A stretch of DNA of 20,054 nt from Myxococcota bacterium (lineage in GTDB: Bacteria; Myxococcota_A; Polyangia; Polyangiales; Sandaracinaceae): assembly GCA_036149055.1 (NCBI GenBank), contig JAYZQJ010000172.1:1-20054 (forward strand), read 5' to 3'. The notes below the pieces were generated by a model, which made no database searches, was not told the origin of the DNA, and saw nothing but the letters and a program-made list of their open reading frames with translations. Made by a program: the position numbers and the translations under genes. Below are positions 1 to 8,491 of the stretch, piece by piece (the first letter of the stretch is position 1; the number at the start of each line of letters is the position of its first letter).

Positions 1-67
1 TGGGCCCGCCCTCCTCCTGGGCCCGCCCTCCTCCTGGGCCCGCCCTCCTCCTGGGCCCGCCCTCCTC
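1..67. repeat. 17-bp tandem repeat (TGGGCCCGCCCTCCTCC), about 4 copies, possibly truncated by the window edge
   Basis: Exact copies at 1-17, 18-34 and 35-51; 16/17 bp at 52-67; degenerate remnant at 68-77. Confidence 0.95.
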
Positions 68-76
68 GGCCCGCCT

Positions 77-100
77 CTTTGCGTCTTTGCGTCTTTGCGT
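77..100. repeat. Octamer triplet (CTTTGCGT)x3
   Basis: Exact copies at 77-84, 85-92 and 93-100, followed by GA. Confidence 0.9.
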
Positions 101-212
101 GAAATTAGTTGTCTCCCGATCTTCCCCACGGGGGAGCACCGTTGCGGTGTACGGTGCGCCGGTCAGGCACGCTGCGCGGTGGCGAGTGTCCATCCCGCTG
201 CCAGCTCGGTCC

Positions 213-236
213 CTTGGCGGCTTCGCGGCTTTGCGA
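213..236. repeat. Degenerate octamer triplet CTTGGCGG-CTTCGCGG-CTTTGCGA
   Basis: Same CTTnGCGn consensus, orientation and trailing GA as the triplet at 77-100. Confidence 0.7.
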
Positions 237-334
237 GAGCCCAATGGCCACCGAAGCGCGCAGCGATGAGGCGCTGGGCGAGCTGGGCGATCGAGAGGTG
301 GCGCGGGGGCGGTGGGCGACCCATGGTCCCGGGC

Positions 335-1285
335 GTGAGGGCGATTCGGTTCCATCGCTATGGCCCGGCGGACGTGCTGCGCTGGGAGGAGGCGCCGGAC
401 CCGACGCCGCGCCGGGGCGAGGTGCGGGTGAGGGTGCGGGCGGCGGGGCTGAACCCGAAGGACGTGCTGGTCCGGAAGGGGAAGCTGCGGCTCTTCACCC
501 ACGGCCGGTTCCCGCAGGGCTCGGGGTACGACCTGGCGGGGGAGGTGGACGCGCTCGGCCCGGGGGTGCGCTCGCTGCGGCTGGGGGAGCCGGTCTTCGC
601 GATGATCCAGAGCTGGCGCGCGGGGGCCTGCGCGGAGCTCGCCGTCGTGCCCGAGGGGCAGCTGGCGCCCAAGCCGTCGTCCATCTCGATGACCGAGGCC
701 GCCGGGGTGCCGCTGGCCGCGCTCACCGCGCTGCAGGCGCTGCGGGATCTGCTCCGGATCCGGCGCGGGCAGCGGGTGGCGCTCAACGGCGCCTCGGGTG
801 GGGTCGGGGTGTTCGCGGTGCAGATCGCGCGGATCCTCGGCGCGGACACCACGGCGGTGTGCAGCGCGCGCAACGCCGAGTGGGTGAGGGCGCTCGGCGC
901 CGACCGGGTGCTGCCCTACGACGAGCGCCCGCTGGCCGAGGCCTCCGAGACCTTCGACGCGGTGTTCGACATCTTCGGGACCGCGCCCCATCCGCGCGTG
1001 AAGCACCTGCTGACCGAGCGGGGGCGGTACGTGACGACGATCCCGAACGCGCAGAACGCGGCGAGAGACGTGCTGACGCGCTTCACCTCCCGGCCGGCGC
1101 GACTGGTGGTCGTGCGGAGCCGCCGCCGCGACCTGGCGCAGCTCGCGCGCTGGATCGACGCGGGAGAGCTCGCGCAGGTGATCGATCGGGTCTGGCCGAT
1201 GCCGGAGGCGGCGGAGGCGCACCGCTACCTCGAGACCAAGCGCGCGAAGGGCAAGGTCGTGCTGGAGGTCCCCGAGCGTGCCTGA
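335..1285 (+). CDS. NAD(P)-dependent quinone-oxidoreductase-like protein (Zn-independent MDR family)
   Basis: RAIRFHRYGPADVL N-terminus, VRVRAAGLNPKD, GYDLAGEV, NGASGGVG nucleotide-binding motif, C-terminal GKVVL. Start is GTG 335 or ATG 323; the ORF-track extension to 95 is not protein-like. Confidence 0.9.
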   Translation: MRAIRFHRYGPADVLRWEEAPDPTPRRGEVRVRVRAAGLNPKDVLVRKGKLRLFTHGRFPQGSGYDLAGEVDALGPGVRSLRLGEPVFAMIQSWRAGACAELAVVPEGQLAPKPSSISMTEAAGVPLAALTALQALRDLLRIRRGQRVALNGASGGVGVFAVQIARILGADTTAVCSARNAEWVRALGADRVLPYDERPLAEASETFDAVFDIFGTAPHPRVKHLLTERGRYVTTIPNAQNAARDVLTRFTSRPARLVVVRSRRRDLAQLARWIDAGELAQVIDRVWPMPEAAEAHRYLETKRAKGKVVLEVPERA

Positions 1286-2102
1286 GCTCGCCGAGGTGGA
1301 GCACGCGCGCCGCATCCTCGAGGCGGCCTGCGTGGGCGAGCGGATCGAGGCGATCGAGGTGGACGCCGACGACATCGTCATCGAAGACCGGGCGGCCCTC
1401 CTGCGCCTCCGGGGCCGCGAGGTGCGCGAGGCGCGGCGGCGCGGGAAGTACCTCTGGCTCGAGCTCGACGAGGGCCCGCACCCGATCTTCCACCTCGGCA
1501 TGACCGGCGCGCTCCGGCGGCGCGGCGACGAGCCGCTGAAGCTCGCGTCGAGCGCCAAGGAGGTCGACCGGACCTGGCCGCCCCGCTTCACGAAGGTGCG
1601 CCTGGTGATGTCGAGCGGCGAGCTCGTCTACACCAACAAGCGCCGGCTCGGGCGGGTGCTGCTCCGGGACGCGCCGGCGACCGACGCCCCGATCGGCGCG
1701 CTCGGATTCGATCCGTGGACGGACATGCCGAGCCTCGAGCGCTTCCGGGGGCTGCTCGAGAGGCGCCGCGGCCTCCTCAAGGGGCTGCTGCTGAACCAGA
1801 AGTTCGCGGCCGGCGTCGGGAACTGGGTCGCCGACGAGGTGCTCTTCCAGAGCGGCATCGATCCACGCCGCCGGATCGACGGGCTGAAGGGGCCAGAGAT
1901 CGAGCGGCTCCACGCGGCGCTGCGAGACGTCGTGCGGCTGGCGGTCGAGGCCGACGCGCGCGCCGAGCGCTTCCCAGCGGAGTGGCTCTTCCATCGGCGC
2001 TGGGGCAAGGACCCCGACGCTCGCACCGCCGACGGCCACGTCGTCGAGTTCATCGAGGTCGCCGGCCGCACGACCGCCTGGGTCCCCACGAAGCAGCGCT
2101 GA
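1278..2102 (+). CDS. Fpg/Nei-family DNA glycosylase/AP lyase lacking the C4 zinc finger
   Basis: N-terminal (M)PELAEVE catalytic Pro-Glu, RRGKYL, HLGMTG, H2TH motif LLNQKFAAGVGNWVADEVLF, C-terminal GRTTAWVP. Overlaps the upstream gene by 8 bp. Confidence 0.93.
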   Translation: MPELAEVEHARRILEAACVGERIEAIEVDADDIVIEDRAALLRLRGREVREARRRGKYLWLELDEGPHPIFHLGMTGALRRRGDEPLKLASSAKEVDRTWPPRFTKVRLVMSSGELVYTNKRRLGRVLLRDAPATDAPIGALGFDPWTDMPSLERFRGLLERRRGLLKGLLLNQKFAAGVGNWVADEVLFQSGIDPRRRIDGLKGPEIERLHAALRDVVRLAVEADARAERFPAEWLFHRRWGKDPDARTADGHVVEFIEVAGRTTAWVPTKQR

Positions 2103-2158
2103 CGAATTCGACGCGGCAGGTTGGACACCCGGCGCTGATAGTCCTACTTGCTACTTTC

Positions 2159-3547
2159 ATGACCACCCGACTGGCCGCGATGGCCCTCCTCCTCGTCGCC
2201 TGTGACGGCGGGACCCCCGATGGCGCGGACGGGGGCCTCGACGCCAGCGGCGATCCTTCCTTCGTGGCCTCGTGCGTGTACGAGAACACCTTCGCGATGG
2301 CCCCCGAGTGCCGCGAGTACCGCGGGCCCGGCTGGGACGCGGAGACGGTGGCCCGGGACTGCGCGCGGGTGTTCCTCAACAACTCGGGCGAGCTGACGCT
2401 CGACGAGCCCTGCGCCTTCGACGACGAGATCGGGCGCTGCACGGTCGGCGACCTCGCGGCGGGCGGCTACCTGATCGTCAGCTCGGGCGACCCGTCGGCC
2501 TGCGGCGCGGCCCAGACCGGCTGCGAGACGTTCGCGGGCGGGACGTTCGAGGCGGCCGAGTCGTGCGACGGCTGCGCGGCGACCGGCGACGAGGGGCCCG
2601 GCGCCATCGTGCCCGCGGACCCCGACTGCCGGGACCCGCTGCCGGGCGAGCCGGCCGGCGCGTCGGAGGGCGGGCAGGTGTGCACGCCGACGATGATCAG
2701 CGGCTCGACCGAGCCGGGCCGGCGCTACGACCAGTACGCCGACTGCGACGTGGTCCGCACCCAGCGGCCGTACTACGCGATGCCCGCGCCCTACGAGGAG
2801 GATCCCTCGGACCCGCGCCTCGCCGACGCCGACTACATGGCCGAGGTCGACTGGGTCCGCGCCCAGGCCGAGTCCTCCGCCTGCACCTGCTGTCACTCCG
2901 CCAGCGCCACCCCGAGCGGCGCGGCGGCGTGGGACACGGAGGCCGGCGCCCTGTGGATCGACACCGTCAGCGACGAGGCGCTCGCCATGTTCGCGGGCTT
3001 CACCGACTCGGCGGCCTTCGGCTTCTTCCCGGTCGAGGAGAGCAACGGCTTCGATCGCTCCACCACCGGCCTGCCGACCACCGACGTGCCCCGGCTCCGC
3101 GCGTTCGCCGAGCAGGAGCTGGCGCGGCGCGGGCTCACCGTCGACGAGGCGCGCGAGCTGCCGCCCTTCGCGCCGTTCTTCCGCGAGCTCGTCGAGCACG
3201 AGCCGGAGCCGTGCCCCGACGGGCTCGGCGTCGACGGTGACGGGCTGGTGCGCTGGACGGGCGGCGGCGCGCGCTACGTGTGGATCCTCGAGGAGGGCTC
3301 GACCTCGCCGGGCGTGCCGCCCAACTGGGATCTGCCCGACGGGACGATCTGGGCGATCCGCGCCGACTTCGACGGCGACGCCCTCGGCTGCGGCATGGGC
3401 TACGGCGAGCTCCCGAGCGGCGCCGTCCAGCGCGTGCCGGCCGACGGGAGCGCTCCGCCCGCGCTCGAGAGCGGCCGCACCTACTACCTCGCCGTGATGC
3501 GAGACATCGCCCAGCCGATCACCCGGTGCACCTTCTCTGCGCCATGA
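2159..3547 (+). CDS. Cys-rich lipoprotein of unknown function with one CxxCH motif (462 aa)
   Basis: Signal peptide with lipobox LLLVAC, acidic protein-like composition, CTCCH at 2882-2896. Alternative start at the next in-frame Met. Confidence 0.8.
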   Translation: MTTRLAAMALLLVACDGGTPDGADGGLDASGDPSFVASCVYENTFAMAPECREYRGPGWDAETVARDCARVFLNNSGELTLDEPCAFDDEIGRCTVGDLAAGGYLIVSSGDPSACGAAQTGCETFAGGTFEAAESCDGCAATGDEGPGAIVPADPDCRDPLPGEPAGASEGGQVCTPTMISGSTEPGRRYDQYADCDVVRTQRPYYAMPAPYEEDPSDPRLADADYMAEVDWVRAQAESSACTCCHSASATPSGAAAWDTEAGALWIDTVSDEALAMFAGFTDSAAFGFFPVEESNGFDRSTTGLPTTDVPRLRAFAEQELARRGLTVDEARELPPFAPFFRELVEHEPEPCPDGLGVDGDGLVRWTGGGARYVWILEEGSTSPGVPPNWDLPDGTIWAIRADFDGDALGCGMGYGELPSGAVQRVPADGSAPPALESGRTYYLAVMRDIAQPITRCTFSAP

Positions 3548-3999
3548 GGCGCGTCGCCATGACGCGGGCGTCGCTGGCGCTGCTGCTCGTCGCCTGCGGC
3601 TCCGACGTCGCCCCGCTCCGCCCCGACGCGGGGGCGCGGGACGCGGATCTCTCCTCGCTCTCGTGCCTCGAGGAGGAGGGCGTGCGGGCGCGGGTGTTCG
3701 AGCGGCACTGCGCGGACGCCGACTGCCACGACGCCGACGATCCCGAGGCCGGGCTCGATCTGGTCAGCCCCGGGGTGACGGAGCGGATCCGGGATCGGCC
3801 CTCGATCCTCGAGGGGTGTGGGGACCGCATCCTGGTGCGGCCCGGGAACGCGCGCGCCAGCTTCATGCTCGACAAGGTGCTGGCCCTCGAGGGCATGTGC
3901 GGCGACCCGATGCCCGCCGAAGGCGAGCTCCCCCTCGAGGGCCGCCGCTGCCTGGTCGAGTGGATCGACGCCATGTCCCCGGAGATGGGCACGCCCTGA
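3544..3999 (+). CDS. Small lipoprotein with a c-type cytochrome domain (planctomycete cytochrome c-like)
   Basis: Lipobox LLLVAC; VFERHCADADCH (CX4CH, 3709-3729), AGLDL, LVRPGNARAS, distal MP and final EWI pattern. ATGA overlap with the upstream stop. Confidence 0.75.
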   Translation: MRRVAMTRASLALLLVACGSDVAPLRPDAGARDADLSSLSCLEEEGVRARVFERHCADADCHDADDPEAGLDLVSPGVTERIRDRPSILEGCGDRILVRPGNARASFMLDKVLALEGMCGDPMPAEGELPLEGRRCLVEWIDAMSPEMGTP

Positions 4000-4010
4000 T
4001 CCGCGGACAT

Positions 4011-4181
4011 GGGGACGGAGTTTCCTTGTTGCCCAACGCCGGAGGGCACGCCCCCACGCGCCTGGATCGAGCGGACTTGCCGCACTCCGACTCGGCAACA
4101 AGGAAACACCTTCCCGGGGCTATGCGCCCGCGGTCACACGGGATCTCGTCGCCGATTCGGCAACAAGGAAACACCGTCCCC
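4011..4181. repeat. REP/MITE-like element: three copies of a 23-bp motif GGCAACAAGGAAACACCGTCCCC
   Basis: Inverted copy at 4011-4033 (22/23 match to the last copy), direct copies at 4094-4116 and 4159-4181, in the gap between convergent genes. Confidence 0.85.
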
Positions 4182-4190
4182 GATGAAGCG

Positions 4191-5924
4191 CTACATGCGC
4201 TCGGGCGCCTCGATGCCGAGGAGGCCGAGGCCACGCGCCATCTGGCGGCGGGTCAGGTTCACGAGCGCGAGCCGGCTCTGGCGCACCGCGCCTTCGCTTT
4301 TGAGCACCGGGCAGTTCGTGAAGAACGCGCTGTAGTCGCGGGCGAGCGCGTAGAGGTGGTCGGTGATGTAGTGGGGCATCGACTGCGCCGCCGCCGCGTG
4401 CACCACGTCGGGGAACTTCGCGAGCCGGCGGCCGAGCGCCTTCTCGTCGTCGTGCTCGAGCGCGATCGCGCCGTCGAGCGCCTTCGGGTCGATCTCGCCC
4501 TTGCGCAGGATCGAGCAGCAGCGGGCGTGCTGGAACTGGAGGTACGGCCCCGCGTTGCCCTCGAGCGCGACCATCTTGTCGAAGTCGAACTTGTAGTCGC
4601 TGGAGCGGTTCTGCTTGAGGTCGGCGTACTTCACCGCGCCGATGCCCACCGTCTTCTTGAGGCTCGCGGCGAGCGCGGGGTCGAGCTCGAGCTCGTCGAT
4701 CATCTTCTGCTCGGCGCGCTCCTCGGCCTCGTCGAGCAGCATCGCCAGGGTGATCGGCTTTCCGTCCGCCGAGCGGGTGCGGATGAGCTTGCCCTGGCCG
4801 TCGAGCACGCTGCCGAACTCGATGTGCTCGAGCTCCATCTCGACGCCCAGCTGGCGGACGACCTCGAAGAGCTGCTCGAAGTGCTGCTTCTGCGGCTGGC
4901 CGACCACGTAGAGGCTCGCGTCCGCGTCCCAGCGCTCCTTGCGGTAGAGCACGGTGGCGATGTCGGAGGTCGAGTAGAGGAAGGCGCCGTCGCCCTTGCG
5001 CACGATGAAGGGCACCTCCTGCTTGGCGAGCTTGCCCTTCACGCCCTCGAGCTCGTTGAAGAAGACGCAGACGGCTCCCTGGTCCTCGCGGGCGATGCCC
5101 TTCTCGAGCAGCGTCTCCACCACGCCGGGCAGCATGTCGTCGTAGGCGCTCTCGCCGAGCCACTCGTCGAACTCGACGTCGAGCCGCGCGTAGAGCTCGT
5201 TCAGCGACCGCTTCGAGGCGGCCACGAAGGTCTCCCAGAGCGCGCGGTTGTCGGCGTCGCCCCGCTGGAGCTTGGCCAGCTCGGCCCGGGCGCTCTCGGC
5301 GAAGGCGTCGTCCTCCTTGGCCCGCTTGCTCGCGAGCTTGTAGACGCGCTCGAGCTCCGGGATCGGGTCGCCCTCGAGCTTCGCCTCGTCGCCCCACTCG
5401 CGCATGCCGACGATGAGCAGGCCGAACTGCGTGCCCCAGTCGCCGAGGTGGTTGTCGCCGATCACCTCGTGGCCGGCGAAGCGCAGCAGCCGCACGATCG
5501 CGTCGCCGATGATGGTCGAGCGGAGGTGGCCGACGTGCATCTGCTTGGCGATGTTGGGGCTGGAGAAGTCGACGACGATCGTCTTCCTCTCGTCCACCGG
5601 ATCGACGCCGTCGCGGTCGCGATCCGCGTGCGCCGCGTCGAGCTGCGCGGCCAGCCAGCCGTCCTCGAGGCGGACGTTGACGAAGCCGGGGCCGGCCACG
5701 GTGGCCTCCGCGATCGCCTCGTGCGCCGCGAGCCTCTCGGCCACCCCTCCGGCGAGCTCGCGCGGGTTCTTCTTCAGTCGCTTGGCGAGGCCCATCACGC
5801 CGTTGACCTGGTAGTCGCCGTGCTTCGGGTCCTGCGTGGGGCGCAAGATGGCGGGCGCTTCGACGTCGAGCGCGTCCTGGATCGCCTGCTGGGCCAGCTG
5901 GTCGAGGAAGACTTCGATCCGCAT
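4191..5924 (-). CDS. argS: Arginine--tRNA ligase
   Basis: HGDYQVN, AGPGFVN, VVDFSSPNIAKQMHVGHLRSTIIGD (HIGH), NHLGDWGTQFG, YVVGQPQKQHF, GAVKYADL, GNAGPYLQF, C-terminal LGIEAPERM. Confidence 0.98.
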   Translation of the reverse strand: MRIEVFLDQLAQQAIQDALDVEAPAILRPTQDPKHGDYQVNGVMGLAKRLKKNPRELAGGVAERLAAHEAIAEATVAGPGFVNVRLEDGWLAAQLDAAHADRDRDGVDPVDERKTIVVDFSSPNIAKQMHVGHLRSTIIGDAIVRLLRFAGHEVIGDNHLGDWGTQFGLLIVGMREWGDEAKLEGDPIPELERVYKLASKRAKEDDAFAESARAELAKLQRGDADNRALWETFVAASKRSLNELYARLDVEFDEWLGESAYDDMLPGVVETLLEKGIAREDQGAVCVFFNELEGVKGKLAKQEVPFIVRKGDGAFLYSTSDIATVLYRKERWDADASLYVVGQPQKQHFEQLFEVVRQLGVEMELEHIEFGSVLDGQGKLIRTRSADGKPITLAMLLDEAEERAEQKMIDELELDPALAASLKKTVGIGAVKYADLKQNRSSDYKFDFDKMVALEGNAGPYLQFQHARCCSILRKGEIDPKALDGAIALEHDDEKALGRRLAKFPDVVHAAAAQSMPHYITDHLYALARDYSAFFTNCPVLKSEGAVRQSRLALVNLTRRQMARGLGLLGIEAPERM

Positions 5925-5936
5925 GGCGGCCGTTTA

Positions 5937-6569
5937 CTACGGATGGCCGCCGGGCGCCCGCTGCATCGACCACACCGGAGGGCTGCCGTCGAGGTGGGTC
6001 GCGCGCGTGACGCGGAACCCGTGGCGGCGATAGAGCGGCAGGTTCTCGGGCTTGCTGGTCTCGAGCACGCTGGGGACGCCGTCGCGATCCGCCATCGCGA
6101 GCGCGTCGCGAAGCATGCGGCTCCCGAGACCGCGCCCCCGACGGGCCGCGTCGACGCCGAGGATCATCAGGTACCAGAAGGCCCCCGGAGGGTGGGCCTC
6201 CTCGAGCAGGGTCTGGATCCGGAGCGCGCTCGCGATGACGCCCGGCCGCGCGCGGCTCGGGGTACGCGCCCAGCCCGCGACCGTGCGCGCCACGGAGCCC
6301 CCGCGAACCGTGGCCGCCTGCCAGAGCGGCGCGGGGTAGGTGCCCGGGCCGTACCAGAGGCACACGCCGTCGACGCGCCCGCCCTCCTTCAGCCCGAACG
6401 CCATCCCCGCGGCTCGCGCGAGCTCCACGTTGCCTCGCATGACCTCGCTCAGCAGCGCCGCCCGCTCTCCGTCGTCGGGCGCTAGGAAGCGGAAGTACGG
6501 ATCGGCGTCGAACGCTTCGGTCAGCAACGACACCGCCGCCTCCCGATCCCCTGTCGTCAAGTCATCCAC
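5937..6569 (-). CDS. GNAT-family N-acetyltransferase
   Basis: AFDADP, WYLMILGVDAARRGRGLGSRML (acetyl-CoA motif A), LETSKPENLPLYRRHGF. Start uncertain; GTG 6569 chosen. Confidence 0.88.
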   Translation of the reverse strand: MDDLTTGDREAAVSLLTEAFDADPYFRFLAPDDGERAALLSEVMRGNVELARAAGMAFGLKEGGRVDGVCLWYGPGTYPAPLWQAATVRGGSVARTVAGWARTPSRARPGVIASALRIQTLLEEAHPPGAFWYLMILGVDAARRGRGLGSRMLRDALAMADRDGVPSVLETSKPENLPLYRRHGFRVTRATHLDGSPPVWSMQRAPGGHP

Positions 6570-6631
6570 CGCCGCCGCAGGATCATCGAACGGCGGGCTC
6601 TGGCCAACAAATCGTGCCTGACGCCGCGACG

Positions 6632-7195
6632 CTACCAGCTCGAGGGCGGGCGGCGGCGCTCGCTGACCGGCTGGCCGGTCTGAACGTCCACGCCGCGGAA
6701 GCGGACGTACTCGACGCCGAGGGGCTGACGGAGCTGCACGAAGACGCGGTCGACGAAGGCCGGCTGGCCGCGGACCGGGATCTGGGCGCGAGCCACGCAG
6801 CGGCCGTCGTGACGCTGGACCAGGACGAGGATGCGCAGGTCCGGGAACGCCGCGAGGTGCATCTCGACCCAGGTGCCGTTGTCCGAGCGGGTGCGGACGG
6901 ACTGCGAGCTGATGCCGTAGACGCGGCTGTCCATGAAGCCCAGGTCGCCGAAGCGCGGGTAGCCGGGCTCGAAGCGGTGCCAGTAGGCGTAGACCGGCTC
7001 GTCGCCCACCGGCTGGCAGCGGGCGTCCAGGTGGATTCCGTAGTCGACGCGGTTGCGGTCGTCGCTCTTCGCGATGTGGAAGACCGTCCGGACGTCGTGG
7101 GAGCCGAAGCTCGGGGTGGCGCTCGCGGGCGCGGCCATCGCCAGGAGGAGGAGCGCGAGCGCCCCCGCGATGGGCGCTCTCCGATGCCAAGTCAT
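6632..7195 (-). CDS. Secreted DUF4833-like protein
   Basis: Signal peptide ending APASA; VFHIAKSDDRNRVDYGIHLD...PVYAYW and C-terminal VEYVRFRGVD resemble DUF4833. Confidence 0.7.
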   Translation of the reverse strand: MTWHRRAPIAGALALLLLAMAAPASATPSFGSHDVRTVFHIAKSDDRNRVDYGIHLDARCQPVGDEPVYAYWHRFEPGYPRFGDLGFMDSRVYGISSQSVRTRSDNGTWVEMHLAAFPDLRILVLVQRHDGRCVARAQIPVRGQPAFVDRVFVQLRQPLGVEYVRFRGVDVQTGQPVSERRRPPSSW

Positions 7196-7292
7196 GCGAT
7201 CAAGGTAGCGGTTCTGCGCGCGGCCACACCCCCGACCGCGTTCGTGGACGGGGCGCTGGCTCGTGGGGGCGGGCTTCGCCATGATGCGGCGC

Positions 7293-8396
7293 ATGGCCGG
7301 AAGTACTCTAGGCACCCTCTTCCGCGTCACCACGGCCGGTGAGTCGCACGGGCCCGGCAACGTGGTGATCGTGGACGGATGCCCCGCGGGGCTCGCCCTC
7401 GGCGTCGACGACCTCGTGCCCGATCTGCAGCGGCGCCGGCCGGGGCAGTCCAAGATCGTCACCCAGCGCAAGGAGCCGGACGCGCCGGAGATCCTCAGCG
7501 GCGTGTTCGAGGGGCGCACCACCGGGACCCCGATCGCGATCCTGATCCGCAACGCCGACCAGCGCAGCCGCGACTACTCCGCCATCCAGGACCTCTACCG
7601 GCCCGGGCACGCCGATCACACCTGGGACGCGAAGTTCGGCTTCCGTGACCACCGAGGTGGAGGCCGCGCGAGCGCGCGCGAGACCGTCGCCCGGGTCGCG
7701 GCCGCGGCCATCGCGAAGAAGCTCCTCCGGGAGGCCTGCGGCGTCGAGGTGCTCGCCTATGTGCGGCAGGTGGGTGGGATCGTCGCCGACGTCGATCCGG
7801 GCGCGGTCACCCTCGAGCAGGTGGAGGCGACCCCGGTGCGCTGCCCGGACCCGGCGCGCGCGGCCGAGATGATCTCGCTCATCGACGCGGTGCGGAGGGA
7901 CCAGGACTCGATCGGCGGGGTGGCCGAGATCGTCGCCCGCGGCGTGCCGGCCGGCCTCGGAGAGCCGGTGTTCGACAAGCTCAAGGCCGACCTCGCCAAG
8001 GCGCTCTTCTCGCTGCCGGCGGTGCTCGGGGTCGAGTACGGGAACGGCTTCCGCGCGGCGACGCTGCGCGGCTCGGAGAACAACGACCTCTACCAGCCCG
8101 GGGATCCCGCTGCGCTGCGGACGGCGACGAACCGGCACGGCGGAATGCTCGGCGGGATCTCGAGCGGCATGCCGATCGTGATGCGCGCGGTGGTGAAGCC
8201 GACCAGCTCCATTCCCACCCCGCAGCCGACGGTGAACCGGGCGGGAGAGGCGGCCGAGATCCGCACCACCGGCCGGCACGATCCGTGTCTGCTGCCGCGC
8301 TTCGTGCCGATGGCCGAGGCGATGGTCGCCCTGACCCTCGCCGATCACTGGCTGCGCTGGCGCGCGGTCCACGGGATCGACCTCGACCGGGAGTAG
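7293..8396 (+). CDS. aroC: Chorismate synthase
   Basis: [71 protein letters not shown]. Confidence 0.98.
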   Translation: MAGSTLGTLFRVTTAGESHGPGNVVIVDGCPAGLALGVDDLVPDLQRRRPGQSKIVTQRKEPDAPEILSGVFEGRTTGTPIAILIRNADQRSRDYSAIQDLYRPGHADHTWDAKFGFRDHRGGGRASARETVARVAAAAIAKKLLREACGVEVLAYVRQVGGIVADVDPGAVTLEQVEATPVRCPDPARAAEMISLIDAVRRDQDSIGGVAEIVARGVPAGLGEPVFDKLKADLAKALFSLPAVLGVEYGNGFRAATLRGSENNDLYQPGDPAALRTATNRHGGMLGGISSGMPIVMRAVVKPTSSIPTPQPTVNRAGEAAEIRTTGRHDPCLLPRFVPMAEAMVALTLADHWLRWRAVHGIDLDRE

Positions 8397-8491
8397 CGCT
8401 GGGGCGTGCGGGCACACCGTCACGGTCTGCCCCGCGAGCGCCGTCACGGCCCGGGGCTGCGCGAGGCCGCCGGGCGCGTCAGGATGGCGGG

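Noticed and set aside
101..212. Possible SRP RNA, group II intron domain V or cobalamin riboswitch in the left-hand structured region
   Set aside because: Only fragments match (e.g. GGTCAGG); the diagnostic cores are absent, so no named RNA is called.
4087..4180. Mini-CRISPR-like geometry (29-bp repeat, 36-bp spacer, 29-bp repeat containing GGAAAC)
   Set aside because: Only two direct copies, the third copy is inverted, and no cas genes are in the window; a REP/MITE-like element explains it better.
4755..4800. ArgS lacks a literal KMSKS motif (reads GKLIRTRSADG)
   Set aside because: KMSKS is commonly degenerate in arginyl-tRNA synthetases, so this is not unusual.
3663..6485. 940-aa plus-strand ORF
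   Set aside because: Antisense shadow of argS and the GNAT gene; long stop-free frames are expected at this GC content and it has no recognisable motifs.
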